Virus record (IMG/VR): IMGVR_UViG_3300043436_005236 | Coordinates: 10,188 to 74,187 of that record | Source of the DNA: a virus | Length of the DNA: 64,000 nucleotides | Strand: one strand, 5' to 3' | Shown here: piece after piece, positions 31,491 through 40,818 of the stretch | Layout of the letters: every line of letters begins with the position of its first letter | Position numbering within the stretch: position 1 is the stretch's first letter | Made by a program: the position numbers and the translations under genes | The notes under the pieces: generated by a model | Seen by the model: the letters and a program-made list of their open reading frames with translations, nothing else | What the model was told of the DNA's origin: nothing | Databases searched by the model: none

Positions 31491-31867
31491 ACGTTAATCT
31501 GCGAAAGTATATTTGTCAAGACAACATCAATATATTCAGGTAAAATATATTTATAATCTTTACCAGCTTCTGCAATAAAGATATTTTCAGGTTTGTTAAG
31601 AAGCCAAATTAACCACCATAGACTTGTTGTTTCGTAAAGTTCAAAAGAAAACGTCGTCCAGGGGAGATTTTTTGTAAGAGTAAACACATCATAAACGCTT
31701 GTATCAATAATATCCGAAATTTGAATTTTATTTAGAATATTGTAAAAATAATAGCTTTTATTTTCCTCATTTGAAGTCTTATACACATTAAAAATATTCT
31801 CGTACCGCTCTGGTGGTAGAGCAGGAAGCCGTTTTATTTGATTTTGTTGTGCGCCGAGATCGATCAT
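31487..31867 (-). CDS. Baseplate wedge protein (T4 gp53 / LysM-like)
   Basis: WTTFSFELYETTSLWWLIWLLN matches the gp53/LysM-like pattern. Confidence 0.75.
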   Translation of the reverse strand: MIDLGAQQNQIKRLPALPPERYENIFNVYKTSNEENKSYYFYNILNKIQISDIIDTSVYDVFTLTKNLPWTTFSFELYETTSLWWLIWLLNKPENIFIAEAGKDYKYILPEYIDVVLTNILSQINV

Positions 31868-33018
31868 TTTGTTGATGTTGTAATTTTTTGTCTGAAACCT
31901 GACGATATCATAGTATTGCCAATATCTGCTAATAAGCTTTGAAAAGTTAAGGTAACTACGTATGCTTCAGGTATTGTTGTTTCACAGGATATCCCTTCCC
32001 CTTTACTAGTCACGCTAGGCAGCTTAACCGTCTGCAATCTACGCGAGCCAAGAAAATTAACAGTCATATTAGAAATGTAGCAATAAGGAAAAAACTCTTG
32101 ACCGGGTAGTGTTAATGTATATATTTTTGGTGGCAGTATTCTCGAAAAAGACGTTCTATAAGGTTTATTTTGATAAGCTAACAACCATAGCAACTCGTAG
32201 TTTTGTTGATACGGTAAAACTTGATCCTTACCCTGACTAACAACGCCCCTACTAAAAGTGTTAAATAGCGGAAATGTAACTGTTACGCTTTTACCTTCTG
32301 CAGGATATTGAAAATGCTTTGGTTTTTCAATAAAAGTACCAGGCTGTGCAATATTTACCGCACTCGCAACCTCCTCTACTACTTTCAGCCCTGTATTTAC
32401 AAGCGACGCAATAGATTGACTGCCTTGATAGCTCTCATTAAAGCTATTTGCCGTTCCTATCGTATTTTCACCAAAATACGGTAGTACATAGTTAAACCCT
32501 GTCTTTTTTGTGTAATATATACCTATATACGATTTTAAATAATCCGAAGCTGTTAAAAGTGCTTTATCCTCTGATGAAACAGCGTTAGAATTAACGTAGC
32601 TTTTAAAAGACGCTATTCCATCTTTGAAAGTCTGTGTAATACTATTACCGCTACTAGCGTCACCTGTACCTGTGCCTGTAGTAAGATTTTTAAGTTGTGT
32701 TATCGCGTTTTGACCGTCAGCGCCTAAAAGGTTAGCACCAGCATTTGTTATTGCATTAATATAATACAAAGCGGATGAAATAAGCGAATTAAGCTCTTGT
32801 TTTCTCTCTGTTAGATATACTTTTGGTATTTTTTTTATAGTCTCCGTACCTACAGGCGAAGCAGACCAGATAAAATCATTAACAACATCTATAATTCCAC
32901 CGCTTGTCTTTGGACCAAGGATGATCTCTTTATCGGTATTTTGAAGCGTACCTTTACTACCAGCAAGTGTTGTACTTGCTTTCGCTTCTGAAACTTTAAA
33001 ATAATAAGGAGCGCCCAT
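31864..33018 (-). CDS. Baseplate-tail tube junction protein (gp48/gp54-like)
   Basis: Tube-fold C-terminus: VTVTFPLFNT, PPKIY, CYISNMTVNF, IPEAYVVTLTFQSL. Confidence 0.6.
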   Translation of the reverse strand: MGAPYYFKVSEAKASTTLAGSKGTLQNTDKEIILGPKTSGGIIDVVNDFIWSASPVGTETIKKIPKVYLTERKQELNSLISSALYYINAITNAGANLLGADGQNAITQLKNLTTGTGTGDASSGNSITQTFKDGIASFKSYVNSNAVSSEDKALLTASDYLKSYIGIYYTKKTGFNYVLPYFGENTIGTANSFNESYQGSQSIASLVNTGLKVVEEVASAVNIAQPGTFIEKPKHFQYPAEGKSVTVTFPLFNTFSRGVVSQGKDQVLPYQQNYELLWLLAYQNKPYRTSFSRILPPKIYTLTLPGQEFFPYCYISNMTVNFLGSRRLQTVKLPSVTSKGEGISCETTIPEAYVVTLTFQSLLADIGNTMISSGFRQKITTSTK

Positions 33019-33032
33019 ATATAGTATAATTA

Positions 33033-36000
33033 TTATCCGAAGCTAAATTTACCTCCAAATATGCCTGGAGATGTAATCTTATCAGTTTCACCACGGGTAC
33101 TAGCAATACCCGATTCAATTCCCGGTACAGTACTCTGAGCTACCGAACCGCCACCCCGCGATAACCCTGCAATATTCTTATTAAGCTGAGCAATGCCATT
33201 GCGAATTTCTTCTAAAACGCTTACTTGCTTGTTTGAGCCTTGTTCTGATTTACCCGCTAGCTTATCCACACTGTCAATTAATCCTTGTGAAGATGATTCC
33301 ATTGCTACCGCTGGAACGGATGGTGATGAGGTGAAAGGTTGAGACATGCTTGTTGTACCGCCTGTGCTCGAAAATATATCTTGAAGGCCTGTTGTAGCAG
33401 AGTTTAGAGAACTACTAATACCACCATGAAACGCCCCTATCAAGCTACCTCCGGTATCAGTACTACTGCCTAGTGATGATGAACCACTACTCATTATACC
33501 TGCTGCTGCAGGTGTTGCTGCAGCTATAGCAGTAGGCATTACCGATTGTTCTGTATACGGTGGTCCACTAGATCCGCTACCAGATAAAGCAAATGCTAAT
33601 TGATCTCCTGAAAATTTACCTGACTCTCTTTTTGCACGATACTGAGCTAATGCTGCCTTATTGAGACCGACAGGCTCGATATGCCAAGGCTCAAACAATC
33701 CTTTACTCATCATCGGCCTGTGTAATCCGTATTTTTGAAGAAGCCCAAGACTATCAGCTCTATTAGCATCCGCTGTATTAATATCTAGTGCAAAACCAAA
33801 CCCGTGGTTTGATGTACCTGGCGTTGCAGCATACCCTGGTCTTGCTGTCTTAGCAATAGCAACTTGCTGCTCATATGTTCTATAACCACTTCTCGCACCA
33901 GACACATTTATTTTCTTGCCTGTTTTTTCTTTATATTCAGCTGCCATGCTTTCAAGGCGACGGCGGAACTCTGAATTAAGTCCTCCCATATTAGCGCCAT
34001 TTATAACAAAATTTGACTCGCCACCTGACCATGTCGTTGTGACTGGTGCTCCTCCTGAAGCAGGTACGTTTATTGACTGCGGTTGAAATTGACCAGAAGC
34101 AGCAGGTGTTGCAGCAGGCATTACTGATTGCTCTGTATAAGGTGGTCCACTGGATGAAGCAGCAGGAGTTGCAGCAGCAGGAGTTGCAGCAGCTGCTGCA
34201 ACTGGTACTGAAACTGCTGGAGCAGGAGCTGTAGGTACACTCCCACGAGCTTCTATTTGTTGCGAAGCAGTATACGCTGCATTAAAGCGATTCATTAGCC
34301 CCTGTCTAAATTTTGCTCTACTCGCACGACCACGATCCACTACTTCCATTTCATAAGATACACGAGCTTTGTGTAATTTTTCCAAAGCTTGAGGATCTGT
34401 ATTAAGTGTTTCGATTAATTTTTGATAATCTTTCTCACTAGCCATTCCTGTTGCTCTTTGAAGTATACTTCTCAAGCCCCCCTCGCCGCGGTTATGTACA
34501 ATATCTGTAAGTTGTAGCTGTATACCGGCGCGATTTGTATGCTTAATAAAAGGCTCAGCGCGTTTAGCAAAGAATAGTTTTGCTTTTGATTCAGCTTCTT
34601 GGTGCCTACCTGCTTCAACTAATGCTTTAAGCTCTGCTGCTTCTTTAGGTTGATAGCGCGCAGTAATACCTGCAACCTCAAAAGCACCACCACCATCGCC
34701 TGCAGGTGGTTTATAAACTGCTAATTTACCGCCTTTTAATTGCGCTTCTTTGCGGAATGTGAAGTCAGCTATCGACTCCATCGCGCTACTACCTATGGGC
34801 ATTGGCGAGCTAGGCGTTGTGCTTGCTGCTGGCGCAGAAGCTTGATACGCTTGAAACAACGGACTACCTGAAGTAGTAGGCATTGCTAATGCTGCCTGCA
34901 TACCAGGTGCTTGTACTTCAGGGGATATTGTAGCAGCTGGTGCAGCGGCCTGTGCAGCGCCTGCTATAATTGCTGGATTCTGCTTCCAGCCAGAATTTTT
35001 ATATTCTTCAACAGTATTCCAGCCCATTGCCTTAGCATTACGCAATAAAACTGGATCTTCTGCGCTTTCCGCTCCTTTAACAACAGCTGGATTTTGTTTC
35101 CAGCCAGAGTTTTTGTACTCCTCAACAGTATTCCAACCCATTGCTTTAGCATTCTGCAAAACAGTGGTTGTCGAATCTTTTATACCTTTTGATACAGCGG
35201 GATTCTGCTTCCAACCAGAGTTTTTGTACTCTTCAACAGTATTCCAACCCATTTCTTTCGCTCTTCGCTCTGTTTCGGTTTGCCCGGTAGCTGGTGTAAC
35301 AGCTTGTGTTTGAACAGGCAATGTTTCTTCTGCGCGTTTAGCTGCTTCCGCAGCCGCAGCACCACGACCTCTATTAGGTGATTGTGTTGCAGGTGCACGC
35401 ATTTCTGTTGGAGCTATTGTAGCTGCTGGTGTAGCTGCTTGAACGGGTTGAGCTGGAGGTGTGGATACTTGTGTAGTTGCTGTAAGAGGTGGTGGTGTAG
35501 CTGCTGGTGTAGCTGCTTGAGCTTGTGGACTAGATTGTTGTTTAATTCGTTCATACTCTTCTTTTGACTTCCACCCCGAATCTTCATAACCTTTAACGTC
35601 TTCGCCCCATCCGTACTTTTTAGCGTTTTGCTTTGCTTCTTCTGTATATTCTTTCTCATCAGGCTTTAAAAAGCTAGGAACTAAATCTCCCACAGCTTTG
35701 ATTTTATCGGCAACCCATTTTTGAATTAATTCAACCCACTCAGTTACCTTTTTAACCACGACATCAAATCCATTTTTAACCATGTCGATAAAACCGCCGT
35801 TAGATTTTATTTCTGCCGGCTCTTCTACTTTATTATCGTCAAAAAATGACATAATAAAATCTATACCAAGATTTAGACCCGGTACAATACCTAGAAGAGC
35901 TCGTCCAAGTAAACCGAAGCCTTTACCCCACTGACCCGCCTTAAAAGCATCCCACGCGTCTGCACCGTAAATTAACGAACCAATAACAGGCATAGTTCTT

Positions 36001-37808
36001 AGTTTTTCACGGTCACTCATGACTTTAACAAATTCTGCTTTTAGCCAACTAAAGAAACCACCTTTTGATTCTTTTGCTTCTTCACCACCTTCTTTTTTAT
36101 CGGTAAATAAAGAGGAAATAAGATCAATACCTAAATTAACAGCACTGCCTACACCTGATGGGTCAAGAGAGAGAAAACCTTGACCTAGCTTTAGCAAGCC
36201 TGTGCCCCAGTTACTTTCCTTAAACGCTGTATAAGCATCACCAAAATAGAAAAGAGAGCCGACAAGAGGTACATAGCGTAAGATAGGTGCGATATACTTC
36301 ATAAACCCATCAGCAAGATCTGAAAAGAATCCACCTGAGAAAGGTTTTACGCCTTCTTTTTGTTTTTGTGCTTGATCTTCCTGCATATCAGAGATTAACA
36401 AGAACCCATCTATTGCCATACTCAATCCTGAGCCTAATCCACCAGTGAAGATACCAGCAATATCCAATAATCCAGAAAGCAATTCTAAAGTACCTTTAAA
36501 GATCTCGCCCTTTTTAAATCTTGCTATAGCAAAGCCAATATTAAAAAAGCCACCTATTACGGGTATAAACTTCGCTTTGCTCATAGCAGCTTTAAGGAAT
36601 GGAGAGTTTTTAAATCCCGTTGTAATTGTCTTTATAAGCCCGCCTTCACCGCCGATTTTAAAAGCATCCTTAACAGTTTCACCTATACCTCCAAATAATG
36701 ATTTAGCTAACTCTACCGCAGAATCTATGACCATAGCTGGTAGACTTTTTTTTGCGTCACCTGCTATATCAGCCACACCTTCTGCCTTTTTAAGCCAACC
36801 TATATTGGAAATCCTATCGACCGTGTTTTTCCACCAGTCTCTTACAGCAGCTACACGCTCACCAAGCTTTGTATATTGCGTATCATCTACCCACTGACCA
36901 TCCACTTTTATAGCCTTAACATCAATAAAAAGGCTATTGTACCACTGACTAATACGCTTTGCAGCTTGTTGCAATCTAGTTGCTGATTTATCTGGAGTGC
37001 TATCAGGCAGCTTTTCATATAAAATAGCGTCTAAAGATTTTGACCACCACCCCTTAACTCTATCGAGTGCTTGGCCTAATTTCGTACGCATACGCGGACC
37101 CTCAACTCCCTCAGGTAACTTTTCGAAAAATAAATCATCTAAAAACTTACTCCACTTCGATTTGACAGCATCAATAGCACTTAACCATTTTTGCTTTAAT
37201 TCACCAAAAAGCTCCGCTGTTTTAGGAAATCTAGCTTTAAGATCATCTAAAAACTTAGATAGTTCGAATCCTTTAAAAAATGCCTTAACTCCTTTAAAAG
37301 CATCGACAATATCATCGAAATACTTACCGAAAGATGTAAAGACATCCTTGACAACATCAATCCACTTACCAATTTTAAAAGCTGCTTTAATTAAAAAGCG
37401 ACCAACACCGCCTAAAGTATCGAATAATGCATATGCAGCAGTTGCTATACCGCCTAGAAGAGCTAACCACTTAAGCCAGTCTGGTAGATTAAAAAGATTC
37501 AGTCCCATTTTATCGCCTGGTTTTGGCGCTGCTGGTATACCACTACCGCTACCAGCAGTAGGTCTAGCTGCTTGTTCTGCTTTAAGTCGTCCCGCCTCTG
37601 GACCCTTCTTAAAAATACCTACCTGTAATACTTGGCCAAAAATAGTAGCAATTTGCGTTACACGCTTAACTTCAGGGTCCGTTAGACGGTCTAATTCACG
37701 CTCATCATCTTTAATAACTCCTTTTTTATCTGGTTTTGGGACACCTTTATCCTCATCACGCAGTTGAAAGAGCATTAATGCTTTGCTTACTGAATCACTT
37801 ATTTCCAC
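33033..37808 (-). CDS. Tape measure protein with lysozyme-like (GH108-like) and M15B/VanY-type peptidase domains
   Basis: 1591 aa; helical amphipathic repeats (IPVIG, VPLVGSL, MPVIGSL); E..DGGGAFEVAGIT and DIVHNRG; SGYRTYEQQ, PGTSNHGFGFALD, EPWH. GTG start 5 nt after TAAATA. Confidence 0.8.
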   Translation of the reverse strand: MEISDSVSKALMLFQLRDEDKGVPKPDKKGVIKDDERELDRLTDPEVKRVTQIATIFGQVLQVGIFKKGPEAGRLKAEQAARPTAGSGSGIPAAPKPGDKMGLNLFNLPDWLKWLALLGGIATAAYALFDTLGGVGRFLIKAAFKIGKWIDVVKDVFTSFGKYFDDIVDAFKGVKAFFKGFELSKFLDDLKARFPKTAELFGELKQKWLSAIDAVKSKWSKFLDDLFFEKLPEGVEGPRMRTKLGQALDRVKGWWSKSLDAILYEKLPDSTPDKSATRLQQAAKRISQWYNSLFIDVKAIKVDGQWVDDTQYTKLGERVAAVRDWWKNTVDRISNIGWLKKAEGVADIAGDAKKSLPAMVIDSAVELAKSLFGGIGETVKDAFKIGGEGGLIKTITTGFKNSPFLKAAMSKAKFIPVIGGFFNIGFAIARFKKGEIFKGTLELLSGLLDIAGIFTGGLGSGLSMAIDGFLLISDMQEDQAQKQKEGVKPFSGGFFSDLADGFMKYIAPILRYVPLVGSLFYFGDAYTAFKESNWGTGLLKLGQGFLSLDPSGVGSAVNLGIDLISSLFTDKKEGGEEAKESKGGFFSWLKAEFVKVMSDREKLRTMPVIGSLIYGADAWDAFKAGQWGKGFGLLGRALLGIVPGLNLGIDFIMSFFDDNKVEEPAEIKSNGGFIDMVKNGFDVVVKKVTEWVELIQKWVADKIKAVGDLVPSFLKPDEKEYTEEAKQNAKKYGWGEDVKGYEDSGWKSKEEYERIKQQSSPQAQAATPAATPPPLTATTQVSTPPAQPVQAATPAATIAPTEMRAPATQSPNRGRGAAAAEAAKRAEETLPVQTQAVTPATGQTETERRAKEMGWNTVEEYKNSGWKQNPAVSKGIKDSTTTVLQNAKAMGWNTVEEYKNSGWKQNPAVVKGAESAEDPVLLRNAKAMGWNTVEEYKNSGWKQNPAIIAGAAQAAAPAATISPEVQAPGMQAALAMPTTSGSPLFQAYQASAPAASTTPSSPMPIGSSAMESIADFTFRKEAQLKGGKLAVYKPPAGDGGGAFEVAGITARYQPKEAAELKALVEAGRHQEAESKAKLFFAKRAEPFIKHTNRAGIQLQLTDIVHNRGEGGLRSILQRATGMASEKDYQKLIETLNTDPQALEKLHKARVSYEMEVVDRGRASRAKFRQGLMNRFNAAYTASQQIEARGSVPTAPAPAVSVPVAAAAATPAAATPAASSSGPPYTEQSVMPAATPAASGQFQPQSINVPASGGAPVTTTWSGGESNFVINGANMGGLNSEFRRRLESMAAEYKEKTGKKINVSGARSGYRTYEQQVAIAKTARPGYAATPGTSNHGFGFALDINTADANRADSLGLLQKYGLHRPMMSKGLFEPWHIEPVGLNKAALAQYRAKRESGKFSGDQLAFALSGSGSSGPPYTEQSVMPTAIAAATPAAAGIMSSGSSSLGSSTDTGGSLIGAFHGGISSSLNSATTGLQDIFSSTGGTTSMSQPFTSSPSVPAVAMESSSQGLIDSVDKLAGKSEQGSNKQVSVLEEIRNGIAQLNKNIAGLSRGGGSVAQSTVPGIESGIASTRGETDKITSPGIFGGKFSFG
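34960..35265 (-). repeat. Three tandem copies of AK(A/E)MGWNTVEEYKNSGWKQNPA within the tape measure protein
   Basis: Near-identical DNA copies about 111-114 nt apart; a degenerate fourth copy at about 35555-35625. Confidence 0.9.
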
Positions 37809-37816
37809 TCATATAT

Positions 37817-38554
37817 TTATTCGCTAGTGAGGAAGCTCGCATCAATTGTAAGCTTTGTTCCGTCATCAAATGTCAACAAACTTTGCTCATACTCTTTATA
37901 TTTAGAAATATAATCAACAATCTTATTGTTGAGCATAAGGGGTAGATTTTCAATAATATTCTTCTTTTCGTGCAAGTTAAGAGTTTCAAAGTTAAGAACC
38001 AATTCGCCAATTTTTACTGTCTTTACGAATTTAATAATTTCATATGTAAGCAGAATATTAATAGAATCTTTTACTTTTTTCTCTTCTGTTGATAGCTTAG
38101 CGAATTCAAGAATGCTTTTTTCAGTAATAGAAGTATCTTTGTCTAGAGTAGGAATATCCAACTCAACAAAAATATTTTTATATTCAATATTTGGATCACC
38201 ATCATACTCATAAACAAACTTAGGCAAACTATCAAGATTATACTCATTATCGTTTATTTTAACGGTCTGTCCGATACTCGAGCGACGTAATTGTGTAAGA
38301 ATATAATTTCTATCATATAACTTAAATTCTAATGTCTTATCAACACTATTCTCCTTAATAATGTTATTGAGCGTCACCGGCGATTTAATACTACCATCAA
38401 ACCCTTCCATTACTGTCTTAATAATCTCTTTATGCTGCTTAACGGAAAACGCTCTGAATTTTGCTTTCTTTTTTGTAGAGGGAATTATAATATCGATAAT
38501 TTCTCCGTCGTTAATTGTTTCGAGTTGCTGAATGAATTGCTTAATATCGCTCAT
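37817..38554 (-). CDS. Baseplate hub assembly chaperone (T4 gp26-like)
   Basis: IPSTKKKAKFRAFSVKQHKEI, YDRNYILTQLRRSSIG. Confidence 0.75.
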   Translation of the reverse strand: MSDIKQFIQQLETINDGEIIDIIIPSTKKKAKFRAFSVKQHKEIIKTVMEGFDGSIKSPVTLNNIIKENSVDKTLEFKLYDRNYILTQLRRSSIGQTVKINDNEYNLDSLPKFVYEYDGDPNIEYKNIFVELDIPTLDKDTSITEKSILEFAKLSTEEKKVKDSINILLTYEIIKFVKTVKIGELVLNFETLNLHEKKNIIENLPLMLNNKIVDYISKYKEYEQSLLTFDDGTKLTIDASFLTSE

Positions 38555-38559
38555 ACTGT

Positions 38560-38587
38560 AATTTATCTAATCTTGTTAATTTTTCAA
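38560..38587 (-). promoter_or_regulatory. Sigma70-like promoter for the gp26-like gene
   Basis: TTGAAA-N16-TAAATT-N5-ATG. Confidence 0.55.
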
Positions 38588-39415
38588 CTATCTTTGTTGT
38601 CTTTGTTGTTGCTGTTGTTGCTTATTCTGCTCTTGTATATCTTTATTGTATAAATTAAAGAGTACACGCGTTTCAATCGGTGAAATATCAAAAAATAAAC
38701 GCGAATCGCCCTTTACATAGCTAAAAAAATTATACAGCATAGAGTAAAAACTCGCAAGACTACCAGCAAATAAACTACAAACAAATACCATAACACCATT
38801 TGAAATAATGTTAATATTGTGTTGCTCGATATCAAATGCTTCGTTTTTCTCAATAACAACAAAATCCTGCAACGTTTGTGATATTCTATTAATGTATTCT
38901 TTTAGTTTAAAAAATATTGTTGGTGGTAATAAAGATAGTATCGTTTCTTGATCTTGCTGCGATGCTTGTGAAAAAATAATAACATTATTTTTATAATGTA
39001 TCTCCCTTATAACGCGATTAAAAATATCGTCTGCGGTTTTAAAAAATAGAGTATTGGGGAGACCTACTTTAATTTTAAAATCACCGTCTTCAACGGTAGC
39101 TAGAAAATCTTCATACATATTTTCTATTTTTTCGAGTATTGACTTTATATCTAAATCAACGCTCCGCTTTTCTTTAGTAGTAAAAGTTATACTACCACTA
39201 ACAAACATCATTCGATAAAATATCACTAGATAAAAACGATCAATAATATCAAGATCCTTATCAATAAACAGTTCTTCTTCAAAAAACAAATTCAAACCTT
39301 CCATATCTTGGTTTTCGGCAAATTTAATAATTTGTAAGTAGTACCTATTCGTAAGTTCCTTTATACGGACCTCTTTACCACTCGGCACCGTAACTTTTAA
39401 AGTAAAATCTTTCAT
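38588..39415 (-). CDS. gp26/gp51-like baseplate/tape-measure chaperone paralog
   Basis: VPSGKEVRIKEL, DIIDRFYLVIFYR; C-terminal ISPIETRVLFNLY and poly-Q tail (gp51-like). Confidence 0.55.
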   Translation of the reverse strand: MKDFTLKVTVPSGKEVRIKELTNRYYLQIIKFAENQDMEGLNLFFEEELFIDKDLDIIDRFYLVIFYRMMFVSGSITFTTKEKRSVDLDIKSILEKIENMYEDFLATVEDGDFKIKVGLPNTLFFKTADDIFNRVIREIHYKNNVIIFSQASQQDQETILSLLPPTIFFKLKEYINRISQTLQDFVVIEKNEAFDIEQHNINIISNGVMVFVCSLFAGSLASFYSMLYNFFSYVKGDSRLFFDISPIETRVLFNLYNKDIQEQNKQQQQQQRQQR

Positions 39416-40155
39416 TTATTGTAATCTATATCTGTACCTATAGTTTCGTAGTGTGAAAAAGCAAAAGATACGACCTTTTTAATATCACCATCAGTCAGAT
39501 CACCATAGCTAATCTGATCACCAGCAATATTAAATGGCACGGCATTATAGAATTGCATGCGCTTTCTTAATTGAAATGTAGCAGAATCCGCGACAGCTTG
39601 TGAATCTTTATCACTTTTAATTTGTACTACAGGATTACTTACTCTTGTACGTGTATAAAATCCAATATTAATATGGCATTTTATATCTTCGGATACGTTG
39701 CCATCTTCTATTAATCCCTTATGTGACGCAGCTAATATCCAAGGACGTAAAAAATAATCAAGCACATCAATATTCGTTTCTGTAAACGTTATATCTAATT
39801 TATTAGAGCTAGCATAACCAGCGCGTGCACCTGCAAAATAACCAGGTATGAGACCTCCAATAGCATCAACGGGTGAATCAGATATTTGAAAGCTATCACC
39901 CGGGAAAGCAATATTTGAGGCAAATAAATAACCCGCTCGACCTGATTGATTCATCATTAATTTTTCTACTACAGGCCATGCTGTAACTTCTGATGTACGA
40001 CGTTCGTATTTTGTAAGAACCTTATTAATAGCTTTGCCTATAGCTTCGGAAGTGCCTGCGCGTCTTGGCTCAAATTGAATTACCCATAAAAACTTGAGTG
40101 GAATATCGTTTCTCCACTGCGTTTGAAGGTTAATTCTTTCTTCTAACGGGTACAT
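39412..40155 (-). CDS. Tail tube initiator / tube paralog (gp54-like)
   Basis: Tube fold: LDITFTETN, FYNAVP, VSFAFSHY; directly downstream of the tube gene. Confidence 0.6.
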   Translation of the reverse strand: MYPLEERINLQTQWRNDIPLKFLWVIQFEPRRAGTSEAIGKAINKVLTKYERRTSEVTAWPVVEKLMMNQSGRAGYLFASNIAFPGDSFQISDSPVDAIGGLIPGYFAGARAGYASSNKLDITFTETNIDVLDYFLRPWILAASHKGLIEDGNVSEDIKCHINIGFYTRTRVSNPVVQIKSDKDSQAVADSATFQLRKRMQFYNAVPFNIAGDQISYGDLTDGDIKKVVSFAFSHYETIGTDIDYNK

Positions 40156-40170
40156 ATATTATATTTAACA

Positions 40171-40205
40171 AAACAGCCTGTGAATACAATATTCACAGGC
40201 TGTTT
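40171..40205 (-). terminator. Rho-independent terminator after the tail tube gene
   Basis: Perfect 16-bp stem aaacagcctgtgaata-caa-tattcacaggctgttt. Confidence 0.85.
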
Positions 40206-40229
40206 GTAATTACGCTTGCTTTTAAAAAA

Positions 40230-40781
40230 TTAAAGCGTGTAAGGATCTACTGTATAATAATGATAAGCAATTGTAACACCAACATCAACAGTATTACCTG
40301 TACCAGTAGCAATTTGATAGTCAATACTATTAACGTTACGTAATGACGCACCAACTAATTTGTATTGATTCTGTAATGGTTCGAGGTTTTTATCTAATTG
40401 AACAAGATTAATAAAGAAATCACGTCCAGGAGTACCATATACACCTGTTGAAGATCTATCATCAAATGTAAATCTTGAAGCTTGTTCAAAATAGTTTCTT
40501 AAATTACTCTCAGCATCAAGATAGAAGTTAAGAGCGTAGCTATCAGAACCAGGATACGTTGCACCACCAGGTACATTAATATTAAGGCCCATATATGGAA
40601 CAGCTACGTTAGCAATGTTTCTTCCAGGCAGCTGTGCAGCTTTGACATAGACAAGGTCTAGATCGCTAAACACAGGCAAGCCTGGTAAATTCATTGATTG
40701 AACACGGAAGAGGAAGTCACGTGAGAAGTCTCCTGTTTCTGCTGCTCTATAAAATTGTTGAATGTTTTGATTAATTGCCAT
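40230..40781 (-). CDS. Tail tube protein (T4 gp19-like)
   Basis: YVKAAQLPGRNI, VPYMG, LVQLD, YKLVGA, VTIAYHYY; follows the sheath gene. Confidence 0.85.
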   Translation of the reverse strand: MAINQNIQQFYRAAETGDFSRDFLFRVQSMNLPGLPVFSDLDLVYVKAAQLPGRNIANVAVPYMGLNINVPGGATYPGSDSYALNFYLDAESNLRNYFEQASRFTFDDRSSTGVYGTPGRDFFINLVQLDKNLEPLQNQYKLVGASLRNVNSIDYQIATGTGNTVDVGVTIAYHYYTVDPYTL

Positions 40782-40818
40782 ATAATTATTTAGTTAAAGT
40801 TGCTTCTTTTCCTTAAAA

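Noticed and set aside
28308-37767. Long antisense ORFs (28308-29078, 36445-36897, 36997-37767)
   Set aside because: Fully overlap well-supported minus-strand genes and have no recognisable motifs.
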